This document shows positions 9,870 to 20,660 of a stretch of 64,000 bases of DNA, in pieces (within the stretch, counting starts at the first letter, position 1; each line of letters begins with the position of its first letter). The notes below the pieces were generated by a model. That model was not told where the DNA came from. It saw nothing but the letters and a program-made list of their open reading frames with translations, and did not search any database. Made by a program: the position numbers and the translations under genes. The DNA is from Bacillota bacterium (GTDB lineage Bacteria; Sysuimicrobiota; Sysuimicrobiia; Sysuimicrobiales; Segetimicrobiaceae): NCBI GenBank assembly GCA_021324255.1, contig JAJPJL010000119.1, positions 3,226 to 67,225 on the forward strand, given 5' to 3'.

Positions 9870-12386
9870 ATGGCCAGGCGCAGGGCGTCCCGCGGTAGAG
9901 GCGCGCAGACCGTCGGGGCCGCGCTGATTGCGCTGGCCGTCCTCAGCGCGGTCAGCCTGGTCCCTCACCAGACCGCCGCGGCGCCGCGCTGGATCGTGGC
10001 CCGTCTCGGACAAGGCTTTGGCGCCGGCGTCGTCTGCGTCCCCGTCTTTCTCGGGCTGCTCGGCCTCGTCTTCTTCGTGCGCCGGCGCCTGCGCCTCAGC
10101 GCGCGGCTCACCGGGGTGCTGCTCGGCTACATCGTGGCGCTGATCGCGCTTCACCTGCGATACCCCGCCGGCGAGGAGTGGACGGCGGCCGTTGGCCGCA
10201 AGGGGGGCGGCTACGTCGGCGCCGCGCTCGAGGTCCTCCTCCGGCGAGCGCTCGGAGAGCCCGGGCTGTGGACCGCTACGCTGCTGGGCGCCGGGCTGGC
10301 CCTCATGCTGATCTCCGGCACCTCGTTTACCGACGTGTTCCGCGCGCTGTGGCAGGTCCTGGCGGCGCTGCGCGCGTGGGTCGTCGCGGGATTCCGCGCG
10401 CTCGGGACGGCGGCGGCCGCGCTGAGCCTGGCGGCCCTCCGCCGGGCGGGCCCAGCGTGCCGCCGGGCGATCCAGGCCGGCGGCCAAGCCGCGGGGACGG
10501 CGCTGGCGCATGCCGCCGAACGCGCGCGGGCCGCGCTGCCGGGCCACCGGGTCCGCGCGGGCTCGCCCGCGCTCGACCCGCTGCTCGCCTCCGCCGGCGG
10601 CGCGCCGGTCTCGGTGCACGATCGCTTCGATGCGGAGACGCCGGCGGCGGCGCGCCGGCTCGCACCGTACGCGGACGATGTGGCCGACGGCGAGATGGAC
10701 CGGCCGGACGATGCCGGCGCCGCCGGGCCTGCTTCCGCGGACGTCATAGGCGAGGCATCGACCGGCCGGGCGGAGGATGGCGCGCCCGGCGGCGACGCGG
10801 AGGAAGCCCAACCGACCGTCGCCGCGGCGCCGATCCCGAGCCGTGGCGCGACCGGGCCGGGGCTGTCCGGTGGATCCCGGCGGCGGCGGACGGCGGTTGC
10901 CCAAGAGGCGTTGCCGTTCCCGGAACCTCCGCCGCGCGCGTATACGCTGCCCGACCTGTCGCTTCTCGATGCCTTTCAGTCCGGCAAAGGCCGGACCGGC
11001 AAGGTGGACCCGGAGGAGGTCGCGCGACACCTCGAGCGGACGCTCGCGAGCTTTGGCGTCGAGGCGCGCGTGGTGCGCTGGGAGACCGGTCCCGTCGTCA
11101 CGCGGTACGAGTTGCAGCCGGCGCCGGGGGTGAAGGTGCAGCGGATCACGAGCCTGCAGAACGACATCGCCCTGGCCCTGGCCGCGAGCAGCGTCCGCCT
11201 CGAGGCGCCGATCCCGGGCAAGTCGGCGATCGGCGTGGAACTGCCGAACGAGCGGGCGAGCCTGGTCCACCTGCGCGAGGTGCTGGCGAGCGACGAGTTT
11301 CGCGCGCAACGGTCCCCGCTGGCGGTGGCCATCGGCAAAGGCACCGCGGGCGCGCCCGTGGTGACGGACCTCGTCACGATGCCGCACCTTTTGATTGCCG
11401 GGGCCACCGGCGCCGGCAAGAGCGTCATGCTGAACAGCATGATCGCGAGCATCCTGTTTCGGTCGACGCCGGAGCAGGCACGGTTCCTGATGATCGACCC
11501 GAAGCGCGTGGAGCTCACAAACTACAACGGCATTCCCCACCTCCTGAGCCCGGTGGTGACCGGCCCGCGTGAGGCGGCGGCGAAGCTGCGTTGGGCCATC
11601 CAGGAGATGGAGAGCCGGTATGAGATGTTTGCGGGCGACGGCGTGCGCAATATCCAGTCGTTCAACGCGCAGCACCCGGATCGCCCGCTCGCCTTCATCC
11701 TCATCATCATCGATGAGCTCGCGGACTTGATGATGGTGGCGCCGGCGGACTTCGAAGAGATCATCTGCCGGCTCGCGCAGATGACCCGCGCCACCGGCAT
11801 CCACCTGCTCGTGGCCACGCAGCGGCCGTCGGTGGACGTGATCACCGGCCTCATCAAGGCCAACATCCCGTCGCGCATCGCGTTTGCGGTGAGCTCCCTC
11901 GTGGACAGCCGGACCATCCTCGATCATCCGGGCGCGGAGAAGTTGCTGGGCAAAGGCGACATGCTGTTTGCGCCGATCGGCGCGGCGCGTCCCCTCCGGG
12001 TGCAGGGCGCGTTTATCAGCGACGCCGAGACCGAGCGTCTCGTGAGCTTCTGGCGGGCGCAGGGCGAACCGGCGTACGTGGAATCGCTCGTGCAGGCGGC
12101 GGAGTCCACGGGATCCGACGAGTCGCCGGGCGACGATGCGCTGCTGGTCGACGCCGCGCGGCTCGTGGTCCGCTCGGGGTACGGATCGGTGTCGTTGCTG
12201 CAGCGGAAGATGCGCATCGGATATGTGCGGGCGGCGCGGCTGGTCGACCAGTTGGAAGAACGGGGGATCGTCGGGCCGTCCCAGGGGAGCAGCCCCCGCG
12301 ACGTGCTCGTGGGCGTGGACGACTTGGAGCGGGTGCTGCGGGAGGGGGTCGCGCGGCCCGGGGCGGCCGAGGGGGACGAGCGCTGA
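9870..12386 (+). CDS. ftsK: DNA translocase FtsK/SpoIIIE
   Basis: N-terminal TM segments, low-complexity linker, GATGAGKS Walker A, IIDELADLMM, ATQRPSVDVITG, gamma domain LQRKMRIGYVRAARLVD. Confidence 0.96.
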   Translation: MARRRASRGRGAQTVGAALIALAVLSAVSLVPHQTAAAPRWIVARLGQGFGAGVVCVPVFLGLLGLVFFVRRRLRLSARLTGVLLGYIVALIALHLRYPAGEEWTAAVGRKGGGYVGAALEVLLRRALGEPGLWTATLLGAGLALMLISGTSFTDVFRALWQVLAALRAWVVAGFRALGTAAAALSLAALRRAGPACRRAIQAGGQAAGTALAHAAERARAALPGHRVRAGSPALDPLLASAGGAPVSVHDRFDAETPAAARRLAPYADDVADGEMDRPDDAGAAGPASADVIGEASTGRAEDGAPGGDAEEAQPTVAAAPIPSRGATGPGLSGGSRRRRTAVAQEALPFPEPPPRAYTLPDLSLLDAFQSGKGRTGKVDPEEVARHLERTLASFGVEARVVRWETGPVVTRYELQPAPGVKVQRITSLQNDIALALAASSVRLEAPIPGKSAIGVELPNERASLVHLREVLASDEFRAQRSPLAVAIGKGTAGAPVVTDLVTMPHLLIAGATGAGKSVMLNSMIASILFRSTPEQARFLMIDPKRVELTNYNGIPHLLSPVVTGPREAAAKLRWAIQEMESRYEMFAGDGVRNIQSFNAQHPDRPLAFILIIIDELADLMMVAPADFEEIICRLAQMTRATGIHLLVATQRPSVDVITGLIKANIPSRIAFAVSSLVDSRTILDHPGAEKLLGKGDMLFAPIGAARPLRVQGAFISDAETERLVSFWRAQGEPAYVESLVQAAESTGSDESPGDDALLVDAARLVVRSGYGSVSLLQRKMRIGYVRAARLVDQLEERGIVGPSQGSSPRDVLVGVDDLERVLREGVARPGAAEGDER

Positions 12387-12496
12387 CCGTGCGGGCCGTG
12401 TGAGCGCTTCGCACGGCCGATACGGCCGCCCGGACGCAGCCGGATACGTGCCCGCGGCCGCAGGAAACTCATTTCGAGCCCAAGAACACGCCTGGC

Positions 12497-13561
12497 GTGA
12501 TGGATATGCTCGGGGTCGGCGAGAGGCTGCGGAGTGCCAGGGTCGCCCGCGGCTTGTCGCTCGACGACATCGAAGCGGGGACCCGGATCCGCCGCCGGTA
12601 TCTGGAAGCCCTCGAGGAGGAGGCGTTCGACCGGCTCCCCGGCCCGACGTACGTCCGGGGCTTCCTCCGCGGCTACGCGGCGTACCTCGATCTGCCCGCG
12701 GACGAGATCGCGCTGATGTGTCCGGTCGTGCCTACCGCCAGCGTGACGGTGCGCGCGTCGCCGTCCGACGTCAGGATCACCCCGGTGACACGGCGGTCCC
12801 CGCTGCGCACGTTTGCCATCGGCGCGTCGCTCGTCCTCGTCTGCGGCGTGATCGTGGTCGCGTATATCTTTCTGACTCAGGTCCGTCAATTCGTGGAGAC
12901 CCGGGAGCCGGTGCAGGGCGAGGCGCCGGCCGGATCGCACGCTGCGCCGCAGAACCCGGTCGTCTCCCGGCCCGGCACGGGCCCCGCGGTCGGGAGCGCC
13001 GTGCCCGCTCCGGGGAGCGCGCCGGGTCCGGGCATCGCGTCGTCCGCGCCGGGGTCCCCGTCCGCCGCCGGCGGGACGCCCGGGAGTGGGGCGGGCGGCG
13101 CGGCGCGCCGGGCAACCGGCGGGGCCGCGTCAACGCCCGCGGCCTCGACGCCGCCGGCGTCACGGCAGCCTGCATCTCCGGGGAGCGCGCCGGCTGCGCC
13201 GCCGGTGCCGGCGGCGCAGCCGGCGACCGAGGCCTCGCCGCCCGGGACCGCGGAAGCGTCCGCCCCGGCAAACGCCGGGCAGCAGGGGGCCGTGCCCCAG
13301 GGTGGCGCGGTAGCGGGTCCGGTCACCGTGGCCGCAATCGCCACGGATCGGTCCTGGGTGCGGGCGGTCGCCGATGGGATCACCGTGTTCGAGGGATTTC
13401 TCAGCGCGGGAGACCAGCAGGTCTGGCAGGCGAAGCGACAGTTGAGCGTGCGCATCGGCAACGCGAGCGCGGTCGCCTTGACGGTCAACGGCCGGCCGGT
13501 GGGGCGGCTCGGAAATCCCGGCGACGTGGTGGACGAAACCTACACCGGGACGGCCCCGTGA
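12497..13561 (+). CDS. rodZ: RodZ-like protein (HTH - TM - Pro/Ala linker - DUF4115)
   Basis: GERLRSAR...TRIRRRYLEALEE...YVRGFLRGYA HTH, one TM helix, C-terminal SWVRAVADG...IGNASAVALTVNG. Confidence 0.85.
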   Translation: MMDMLGVGERLRSARVARGLSLDDIEAGTRIRRRYLEALEEEAFDRLPGPTYVRGFLRGYAAYLDLPADEIALMCPVVPTASVTVRASPSDVRITPVTRRSPLRTFAIGASLVLVCGVIVVAYIFLTQVRQFVETREPVQGEAPAGSHAAPQNPVVSRPGTGPAVGSAVPAPGSAPGPGIASSAPGSPSAAGGTPGSGAGGAARRATGGAASTPAASTPPASRQPASPGSAPAAPPVPAAQPATEASPPGTAEASAPANAGQQGAVPQGGAVAGPVTVAAIATDRSWVRAVADGITVFEGFLSAGDQQVWQAKRQLSVRIGNASAVALTVNGRPVGRLGNPGDVVDETYTGTAP

Positions 13562-14805
13562 CGAAGGCGGAGATCGTCTCGGTCGGCACCGAGCACCTGC
13601 TCGGTCAGATCGTCGACACCAACGCGCAGTATATCTGCACGCTGCTCGCGACGCTCGGCATCGCCGTCTACTACCGCTCCACCGTCGGCGACAACGTGGC
13701 GCGCGTGCAGGAGGTGTTTGCCAACGCGCTCGGCCGCGTCGACCTCGTCGTCTCGACGGGCGGATTGGGCCCCACGGACGACGACCTGACGGTCGCCGCG
13801 GTCGCGGAACTGCTCGGCCTCCCGCTGGAACGGCACGAGGAAGCGTGGGCGCACGTCCAGGACTTCTTCCGCCGGCGCAACCGCCCGCTCACGGGACAGC
13901 AGGTCAAGCAGGCGATGCTGCCGCGGGGCGCCCGCATGGTGCCAAACACCCGCGGCAGCGCCCCGGGCGTGATCGTCGAACACGAGGGCAAGACGCTGGT
14001 GTTTACGCCCGGCGTGCCCCGCGAGATGAAGGGCATGCTGGAGGATCATGTCGTGCCGTATCTCCGGGAGCGCGGGCTCGCGGGCGGCGAGGTCATCCGG
14101 TCGCGCATCGCGCGCATCGTGGGCCTCGGGGAATCCCTGGTGGAAGAGCGGCTCCGCGATCTCATGCGCGCGAGCACCAACCCCACGATCGCGCCCTACG
14201 CGCACACCGGGGAGTGCCACGTCCGGATTACCGCCCGGGGGACCGAGGCGCTCGTGGAACCGCTGCTCGACGGCGCGGAGCGGGCGATCCGGGAGCGCCT
14301 CGGCAATGCGATCTACGCGGTCGGCGACGCGCCGCTCGACGAGGTGGTCGCGCGACTGCTGGCGGACCGCCGCGTGACGCTCGCCGTGGCGGAGTCGTGT
14401 ACGGGCGGTCTCGTGGCCCACCGGCTCACGCGCACGCCCGGCGCGTCCAGTTACCTCGACGGCGGGGTGATCACGTACAGCAACGCGGCGAAGACGCGGT
14501 GGCTCGGCGTACCCGGGTCCCTGGTGGAGCGCAACGGCGCCGTGAGCGCGGAGGTCGCGCGCGCGATGGCCGAGGGCGTGCGGGCCGGCGCAGGGACCGA
14601 CCTCGCGATCGCGGTCACCGGCGTCGCGGGGCCGACGGGGGGGACGGAGGCGAAGCCGGTGGGGTTGGTGTTTCTGGCGCTCGCGCACGCCGAGGGGACC
14701 GACGTGCGCGAGTTTCGCTTCGGGACGGAGCCCGGGCGGACGGGCATCCAGTATCTCGCCAGCCAGTCCGCGCTCGACATGATCCGGCTGCACTTGCTCC
14801 GCTGA
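13558..14805 (+). CDS. cinA: Competence/damage-inducible protein CinA (NMN deamidase domain)
   Basis: AEIVSVGTEHLLGQIVDTN, GGLGPTDDDLT, AESCTGG, TGVAGPTGG; GTG overlaps the rodZ stop. Confidence 0.95.
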   Translation: MTKAEIVSVGTEHLLGQIVDTNAQYICTLLATLGIAVYYRSTVGDNVARVQEVFANALGRVDLVVSTGGLGPTDDDLTVAAVAELLGLPLERHEEAWAHVQDFFRRRNRPLTGQQVKQAMLPRGARMVPNTRGSAPGVIVEHEGKTLVFTPGVPREMKGMLEDHVVPYLRERGLAGGEVIRSRIARIVGLGESLVEERLRDLMRASTNPTIAPYAHTGECHVRITARGTEALVEPLLDGAERAIRERLGNAIYAVGDAPLDEVVARLLADRRVTLAVAESCTGGLVAHRLTRTPGASSYLDGGVITYSNAAKTRWLGVPGSLVERNGAVSAEVARAMAEGVRAGAGTDLAIAVTGVAGPTGGTEAKPVGLVFLALAHAEGTDVREFRFGTEPGRTGIQYLASQSALDMIRLHLLR

Positions 14806-14899
14806 CGGCGCGCGGACGGCATCCTCCGCGCAGCCTCCCTCGGGTCCGGGGCCCGGCCGCGCCTGCGGCGGTCGCTCCGCGCCGCGGCGGCGCGAACGC

Positions 14900-15532
14900 A
14901 TGGAGTCCTCCAGCTCGAACATCGATGCTCGCCGCGCCGGGCCCAGGCGGCGCATCTTTCTTGCGGTGCCCCTGGCCCGCGGCCTCCAGGAGGACGTAGT
15001 CTCCGCGATTCAAGAGGCCGTGGGCGGGCATGATGCGCTGCGTTGGGTGCGCGCCGACATGCTCCACGTCACGCTGCGATTTTTGGGCGGCATCACCGCC
15101 GCCGAGCTCAACCGCGCCATCAGGGCCGCGCAGGCCGCCGCGGATCCGTTCGATCCGTTTGCCGTGACCTTCGCGGGAGGCGGCGCGTTCCCGTCCTTGC
15201 GGACCCCCCGCGTCGTTTGGGCCGGCGTCGTCGACGGCGCCGGTGCGTTGCGCGCGCTCGCCGGGGCGCTTGACGCGGCGCTGGCGAAGCAGCGCTTCCC
15301 CCGTGAGCCGCAGCGGTTTCACCCACACGTGACGGTCGCCCGCGTGCGCGCGGGCGGGCCGCCGCCCGATCTGCGGCCCTATGCCGGACGCCTGATGGGA
15401 GCCGAGGCTCCGGTCATCGGCACGCAGCGCGTGGACGCGATCGTCGTGATGGAGAGCATCTTGCACCCGTCGGGAGCAAGATACGAGGAAGTCTACCGGG
15501 CCGCGTTCGGCGGCGGGGCGTCGCACGGTTGA
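14900..15532 (+). CDS. thpR: RNA 2',3'-cyclic phosphodiesterase (2H family)
   Basis: Two HxT motifs (LHVTLRFLG, PHVTVAR), GAFP...PRVVWAG; lies between cinA and recA. Confidence 0.9.
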   Translation: MESSSSNIDARRAGPRRRIFLAVPLARGLQEDVVSAIQEAVGGHDALRWVRADMLHVTLRFLGGITAAELNRAIRAAQAAADPFDPFAVTFAGGGAFPSLRTPRVVWAGVVDGAGALRALAGALDAALAKQRFPREPQRFHPHVTVARVRAGGPPPDLRPYAGRLMGAEAPVIGTQRVDAIVVMESILHPSGARYEEVYRAAFGGGASHG

Positions 15533-15654
15533 CGTCGGGGCCGCGAGCAGGTCAACGTTCCCGCATCACGAAGCCCTCCGGGAAGCGTCACGCCAATGCG
15601 ACGGAGTATCGCGCTGACTTCGATGCAGTTGAGCCGTGGAATCCACGCGGTCGC

Positions 15655-15683
15655 TTGACAAACGAACATATGTTTGGTACAGT
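15655..15683 (+). promoter_or_regulatory. recA promoter with embedded LexA (SOS) box
   Basis: TTGACA-17 nt-TACAGT; the spacer holds CGAACATATGTTTG (15663-15676), matching the Gram-positive LexA consensus CGAAC-N4-GTTY. Confidence 0.9.
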
Positions 15684-15736
15684 GGCCGCAACTTAACCGC
15701 ACAAAACCGCCTCATCTTACCGGGAGGAAATGCAGC

Positions 15737-16849
15737 ATGAACGAGCGGCAGCGCGCCCTGGATCTCGCCCTGACCCAGATTGAGAAGCAGTTCGGCAAGG
15801 GTTCGATCATGAAGCTCGGCGAGCATCAGGCCAAGCTCACCGCGGAGGTCATTTCCACCGGCGCGCTGGCCATTGACGCCGCCCTCGGTGTGGGAGGGGT
15901 GCCGCGCGGCCGCGTGGTCGAGATCTACGGCCCGGAGTCGTCCGGCAAGACGACGCTCGGCTATCACGTGATCGCCGAAGCACAGCGCGACGGCGGCGTC
16001 GCCGCCTTCATCGACGCGGAGCACGCGCTCAACCCGGAGTACGCGCGGACCGTGGGCGTGGATATCGACAGTCTCCTTATCTCGCAACCCGACTCCGGGG
16101 AGCAGGCGCTCGAGATCGCAGAGATGCTCGTCCGCTCCGGCGCGATCGACGTCGTTGTCGTCGACTCCGTCGCGGCGCTCGTGCCCCGCGCCGAACTGGA
16201 GGGCGAGATGGGCGATGCCCACGTCGGGTTGCAGGCCCGGCTCATGTCCCAAGCGCTCCGCAAGCTCGTCGGCGCGATCAGCAAGTCGCGCACGACCGTC
16301 ATCTTTATCAACCAACTCCGGGAAAAAGTCGGCGTCATGTACGGGAACCCGGAAGTCACGACGGGCGGCCGGGCGCTCAAGTTCTATGCGTCGGTGCGGA
16401 TCGAGATCCGGCGCATCGAGTCGATCAAGTCCGGCGATCAGGTGCTTGGCCAGCGCGTACGGGTCAAGGTGGTGAAGAACAAGCTCGCGGCGCCGTTCCG
16501 CGAAGCGGAAGTCGACATCATCTTTCCGCGCGGCATCAGCCGGGCGGGCAGCTTGCTCGATGTCGCCACGGCGCAGGGCATCGTCACGCGAACGGGGACC
16601 TGGTTTGCCTACAAAGACATGAAACTGGGGCAGGGCCGCGACAACGCGCGGGAGTTCCTGGAGTCCAATCCCGAGTTGGCGGCGGAGATCGCCACGCGGG
16701 CGCGGGAGAAACTGGGTCTGACGCGCGGCGGGCCGGCGACTCATGGCCCCGCGGCCGACATCTCGACCAACGGCGATGCGAAGCCGGTGGTCCGCGACGG
16801 TCATGCGCCCTCGGCGGCCAAGGGGGTTCCCGTTCGGGCGCAGCGCTGA
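15737..16849 (+). CDS. recA: Recombinase RecA
   Basis: [27 protein letters not shown]; SD GGGAGG before ATG 15737. Confidence 0.99.
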   Translation: MNERQRALDLALTQIEKQFGKGSIMKLGEHQAKLTAEVISTGALAIDAALGVGGVPRGRVVEIYGPESSGKTTLGYHVIAEAQRDGGVAAFIDAEHALNPEYARTVGVDIDSLLISQPDSGEQALEIAEMLVRSGAIDVVVVDSVAALVPRAELEGEMGDAHVGLQARLMSQALRKLVGAISKSRTTVIFINQLREKVGVMYGNPEVTTGGRALKFYASVRIEIRRIESIKSGDQVLGQRVRVKVVKNKLAAPFREAEVDIIFPRGISRAGSLLDVATAQGIVTRTGTWFAYKDMKLGQGRDNAREFLESNPELAAEIATRAREKLGLTRGGPATHGPAADISTNGDAKPVVRDGHAPSAAKGVPVRAQR

Positions 16850-16954
16850 TGAGCGGCGCCTCGCTCGGGGCCGCGCGATCAGCCCGCGCCCACACGCAGC
16901 GTATCCCCGGAATCTGGGACTCGGGTCCGCCTCGGTGGTGAGAGGCCGGTCCTC

Positions 16955-17587
16955 GTGAGCATCCGATCGGGTGACGCCTCGTCCGGCCGCTCGGCGCGGT
17001 TGCATCGGCGGCCAGGGGTGCCGGCGCGCACCAGCGGTACCCCCGCAAGCGATGGCGTCCCCGCCGGTGCACGTGAGCGGCCCGCGCGGGAGCGCCCGCT
17101 GGAGGGGGCCCGGGAGACGGCGCTCCGGCTGTTGGCCGTGCGGTCCCGGAGCACGTTCGAGCTCACCCTCCAACTGCGCCGGCGCGGGGTGCCGGACGCG
17201 CACATCCGCACCGTTGTTGCGGACCTCACCAGCCGCGGCTACCTCGACGATCGGGCGTTTGCCAGCGGATGGGTCGCCGCCCGCGCGGGGACGCGCGCCT
17301 ATGGTGTGGCGCGGTTGCGGCGTGAGCTCCACGAAAAAGGCGTCGCGATGCCGCTCATCGAGCAGGCAATCCGGGAGGCGTACGGCGAAGAAGACTATTC
17401 CGTGACCGAGGAACGCTACGCGCGGGCTCTGATCGAACGGCGCCTTCCCGCGTATCGCCACCTGCCGGCCGGGGTTCGCACACGCCGGCTGGCGGGACTC
17501 CTCGATCGGCGCGGCTTCTCGTCCGCCACGATTGCCCGCGTTCTCGGTGCGGCGCATCGGACCGCGGCGGACGCACCCGATGGCTAA
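16955..17587 (+). CDS. recX: Regulatory protein RecX
   Basis: ALRLLAVRSRS, GYLDDRAFA, LRRELHEKGV, LDRRGFS; directly after recA; exact start uncertain. Confidence 0.88.
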   Translation: MSIRSGDASSGRSARLHRRPGVPARTSGTPASDGVPAGARERPARERPLEGARETALRLLAVRSRSTFELTLQLRRRGVPDAHIRTVVADLTSRGYLDDRAFASGWVAARAGTRAYGVARLRRELHEKGVAMPLIEQAIREAYGEEDYSVTEERYARALIERRLPAYRHLPAGVRTRRLAGLLDRRGFSSATIARVLGAAHRTAADAPDG

Positions 17588-20500
17588 TCGCCGCGAGTCC
17601 CGCGCGGGTGGGGATCAGCTCGACCTCGATCTGGTCGGCCCGCGCACGGCGCCCGCGCCGGTCACCGCGCCCGACGCGTCCCCGGCGGAGGACGAGCCCG
17701 CGGGTGCCCTCGAAGCGATCCTCCTCAGGCAGGCGTCGGCCGCCGACGCGGTGCTGGAGGGGCTCACCGCCGAGCAGCGCGATGCCGTGACGCACACGGA
17801 CGGCCCGCTGTTGATCGTGGCCGGCGCCGGTACGGGCAAGACCACCGTGATCACCCGCCGCATCGGCTACTTGATCGCGACCCGTCGGGTGCGGCCGGAA
17901 CAGGTGCTCGCGCTGACCTTTACCGATCGGGCCGCGGCCGAAATGGAAGAGCGGGTGGACCGCCTCGTCCCGTACGGGTTCACGCAGGCGTGGATCAGCA
18001 CGTTCCACGCGTTCGGCGACCGCGTGCTGCGGGATCACGCGCTGCATCTCGGCCTGCCCCCGGATTTCCGGGTGCTCAGCCGCGCGGAGCAGGTCATTTT
18101 CATCCGGGAGCGGCTCTTCGAGTTTCCGCTGGACCACTTCCGTCCGCTGGCGGATCCGGCCCGCTACGTGGATGCCCTGGTGTCGCTCATCAGCCGGGCG
18201 AAGGACGAGGACATATCCGCCGCGGAGTACACGGCCTACGCGGACCGCCTCGCGGCCGACGCGGCCGCGCGGCCGGACGATCCGGTGCTGGCGGAGCAGG
18301 CTCGGCAGCAACGCGAGTTGGCCGCCGCGTATCGTACTTACCAGGAGCTGCTCGCCAAGGAGGGCCGCCTCGATTTCGGCGACCTGATCGTCCTGACGTT
18401 GCGCCTGCTCCGCGAGCATCCGGACGTCTTGCACGGCTACCAGGAACAGTTTCACCAGATCCTCGTCGACGAATTCCAGGACACGAACTACGCGCAGTTC
18501 GAGTTGGTCAAGCTCCTCGCCGGCGCGCGCCGCAACCTCACCGCCGTCGCGGACGATGATCAGGCGATCTACCGGTTTCGCGGCGCCTCCTACAGCAACA
18601 TCACGTTTTTCACGGACACCTACGCCGACGCGCGGACGGTCGTCCTCACCCGGAACTATCGGTCGACGCAGTTCATCCTGGACGCCGCCTACCGCCTCGT
18701 TCGCCACAATGATCCTGACCGGCTCGAGGTGCGCGCGGGCCTGGACAAACGCCTGGAAGCGGTCGCCGGGCCGGGCGTGTTGCCGCGTCATGTGCACTAC
18801 GAATCCCTCGGCGCCGAGGCCGACGGGGTCGCGGAGCGCATCGCCGACCGCGTCGGGGCCGGCGCGTGGCAGTATCGCGACGTCGCGATCCTCGTGCGCG
18901 CCAACCGGGACGCCGACCCGTTCCTCCGCGCCCTCAACATGCGCGGGATCCCGTTTCAGTTCTCCGGCACCCGCGGCCTCTACGACCGCGAAGAAATCCG
19001 GTTGCTCACCTCGTTCCTGCGCGTCCTCGCCCACCCGGACGACAGCGTGTCGCTCTACCACTTGAGCGCGTCGCCGCTCTACGACGTTCCGGCGGCGGAC
19101 CTGGCCGCGTGCCTGAGCTACGCGAGCCGCCGGAGGCGGTCGTTGCACCACGTGTACCGCTACCTCGCCCGGATCGAGGATCTCGAGGTCTCGACAGAGG
19201 GCCGCGAGGTCGCCGCCCGCCTCATCGACGACCTGGAGGAGATGGCGCGCCTGGCGCCCCGCTTCCCGACGGGCCGGGTGCTCTACGAGTACGTGATCAA
19301 CCGCACGGGGTTCGTGCGCCGGCTCGCGTCGTCCGGGCGCCCCGAAGACGAGCACAAGGTCGCCAACATCGCCAAGTTCTTCGATCTGGTGGCGCGGTTC
19401 GGCGACGTGGCCCCTCTGGACCGGGTGCCGGCATTCATCGGCTACCTCGACCTGCTCATCGACGCGGGCGACGATCCGCCGACCGCGGAGATGGACGGCG
19501 ACGCCGACGCGGTCCGGGTCCTCACGGTGCACAAGGCCAAGGGGCTCGAGTTTCCCGTGGTCTTCCTCGTGAGCCTGGTCACCGACAAATTCCCCTCGCG
19601 CGCCCGGCGAGATCCCCTGCCGTTGCCGGACGCGCTGATGAAGGACATGTTGCCGAGCGGTGACTTTCACGTCCAGGAAGAGCGGCGCCTGTGCTACGTC
19701 GGCATGACCCGCGCCAAGCGGGAGCTGTACCTGACGAGCGCCACGGACTACGGCGGCGTGCGGCCGCGCAAGGTCAGCCGGTTTGTGCTGGAGGCGCTCG
19801 ACGTGCCGCGCGCGGCCCCGGAAGCCGTGCGCGCCTCGCCCGTGCAGGCGGTGGAGCGGCACGCGCCGGCCGCCGAACCGGCGCCGCTCACGTTGATCCC
19901 GCTCGGCGACGACGCGGTGCTGCAGCTGTCGTTCCGGCAGATCGACGATTACCTGACCTGCCCGTACAAGTACCGGTACATCCACGTGCTGCGCGTGCCG
20001 GTGCTCCGCGATCACCGCGTGGCCTACGGTGCGGCCCTGCACGAGGCCGTGCAGGAATACAATCGGCGGCGCGCGCGGCATCAGCCCGTGACGGCCGAGG
20101 ACCTGATCGCGCATTTCGAGCGCGCGTGGGTCAACGAGGGGTTTTTGAGCCGGGAGCACGAGGACCAGCGCATGGAAGCCGGCCGCGGCGCGCTGCGGCG
20201 CTTCTACGAGCACCAGCAGGCCGGGGGCACGGTGCCCACGTTCGTGGAGCGGGAGTTCCGCTTCTCGGTGCAGGGTACCCTGCTTCGCGGCCGCTGGGAC
20301 CGCGTCGACGTGCGGGGCGGCGAGGTCGTGATCATCGATTTCAAGAGCACCGATGTGCGCACGCAGCAGGACGCGGACCGCCGCGCCAAGGACAGCGAGC
20401 AGCTCTCGATCTACGCGCTTGCCTACGAGGCCGTGTTCGGGCGGCTGCCCGACCGCGTGGAGTTGCACTTCCTGGGGCGCGACGTGGTGGTCGGCCAAGC

Positions 20501-20660
20501 CCGCAAGACGCCGGCGGACATCGCCGCCGTGCGTGCGATGATCCTGGAGGCGGCCAGCGGGATACGCGCACAACGGTTCATCGCCACCCCCGATCCGTAC
20601 CGGGCGTGTCCGTACTGCGCGTTCAACCAGGTGTGCCCGTTCACCGCGGCGCCCGAATGA
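17580..20660 (+). CDS. UvrD/PcrA-like SF1 helicase fused to a C-terminal PD-(D/E)XK nuclease with a 4-Cys (Fe-S) motif
   Basis: AGAGTGKT, VDEFQDTN, QAIYRFRGA, TVHKAKGLEF, EERRLCYVGMTRA; then TCPYKY...GRWDRVD...IIDFKS...QLSIYALA...CPYCAFNQVC. Confidence 0.93.
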   Translation: MANRRESRAGGDQLDLDLVGPRTAPAPVTAPDASPAEDEPAGALEAILLRQASAADAVLEGLTAEQRDAVTHTDGPLLIVAGAGTGKTTVITRRIGYLIATRRVRPEQVLALTFTDRAAAEMEERVDRLVPYGFTQAWISTFHAFGDRVLRDHALHLGLPPDFRVLSRAEQVIFIRERLFEFPLDHFRPLADPARYVDALVSLISRAKDEDISAAEYTAYADRLAADAAARPDDPVLAEQARQQRELAAAYRTYQELLAKEGRLDFGDLIVLTLRLLREHPDVLHGYQEQFHQILVDEFQDTNYAQFELVKLLAGARRNLTAVADDDQAIYRFRGASYSNITFFTDTYADARTVVLTRNYRSTQFILDAAYRLVRHNDPDRLEVRAGLDKRLEAVAGPGVLPRHVHYESLGAEADGVAERIADRVGAGAWQYRDVAILVRANRDADPFLRALNMRGIPFQFSGTRGLYDREEIRLLTSFLRVLAHPDDSVSLYHLSASPLYDVPAADLAACLSYASRRRRSLHHVYRYLARIEDLEVSTEGREVAARLIDDLEEMARLAPRFPTGRVLYEYVINRTGFVRRLASSGRPEDEHKVANIAKFFDLVARFGDVAPLDRVPAFIGYLDLLIDAGDDPPTAEMDGDADAVRVLTVHKAKGLEFPVVFLVSLVTDKFPSRARRDPLPLPDALMKDMLPSGDFHVQEERRLCYVGMTRAKRELYLTSATDYGGVRPRKVSRFVLEALDVPRAAPEAVRASPVQAVERHAPAAEPAPLTLIPLGDDAVLQLSFRQIDDYLTCPYKYRYIHVLRVPVLRDHRVAYGAALHEAVQEYNRRRARHQPVTAEDLIAHFERAWVNEGFLSREHEDQRMEAGRGALRRFYEHQQAGGTVPTFVEREFRFSVQGTLLRGRWDRVDVRGGEVVIIDFKSTDVRTQQDADRRAKDSEQLSIYALAYEAVFGRLPDRVELHFLGRDVVVGQARKTPADIAAVRAMILEAASGIRAQRFIATPDPYRACPYCAFNQVCPFTAAPE

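Noticed and set aside
12136-14805. 889-aa CinA fusion (similarly extended ORFs at 7750, 19691, 21400, 52472)
   Set aside because: The N-terminal extensions are alternate frames of the upstream genes; the true starts are the overlapping GTG/ATG codons.
17355-20573. Very long antisense or alternate-frame ORFs (1072 aa here; also 41371-44052, 15566-17557, 9831-11927, 30593-32794)
   Set aside because: They are shadows of real genes, caused by stop-codon scarcity at high GC; the products are Arg/Ala/Pro-rich with no motifs.
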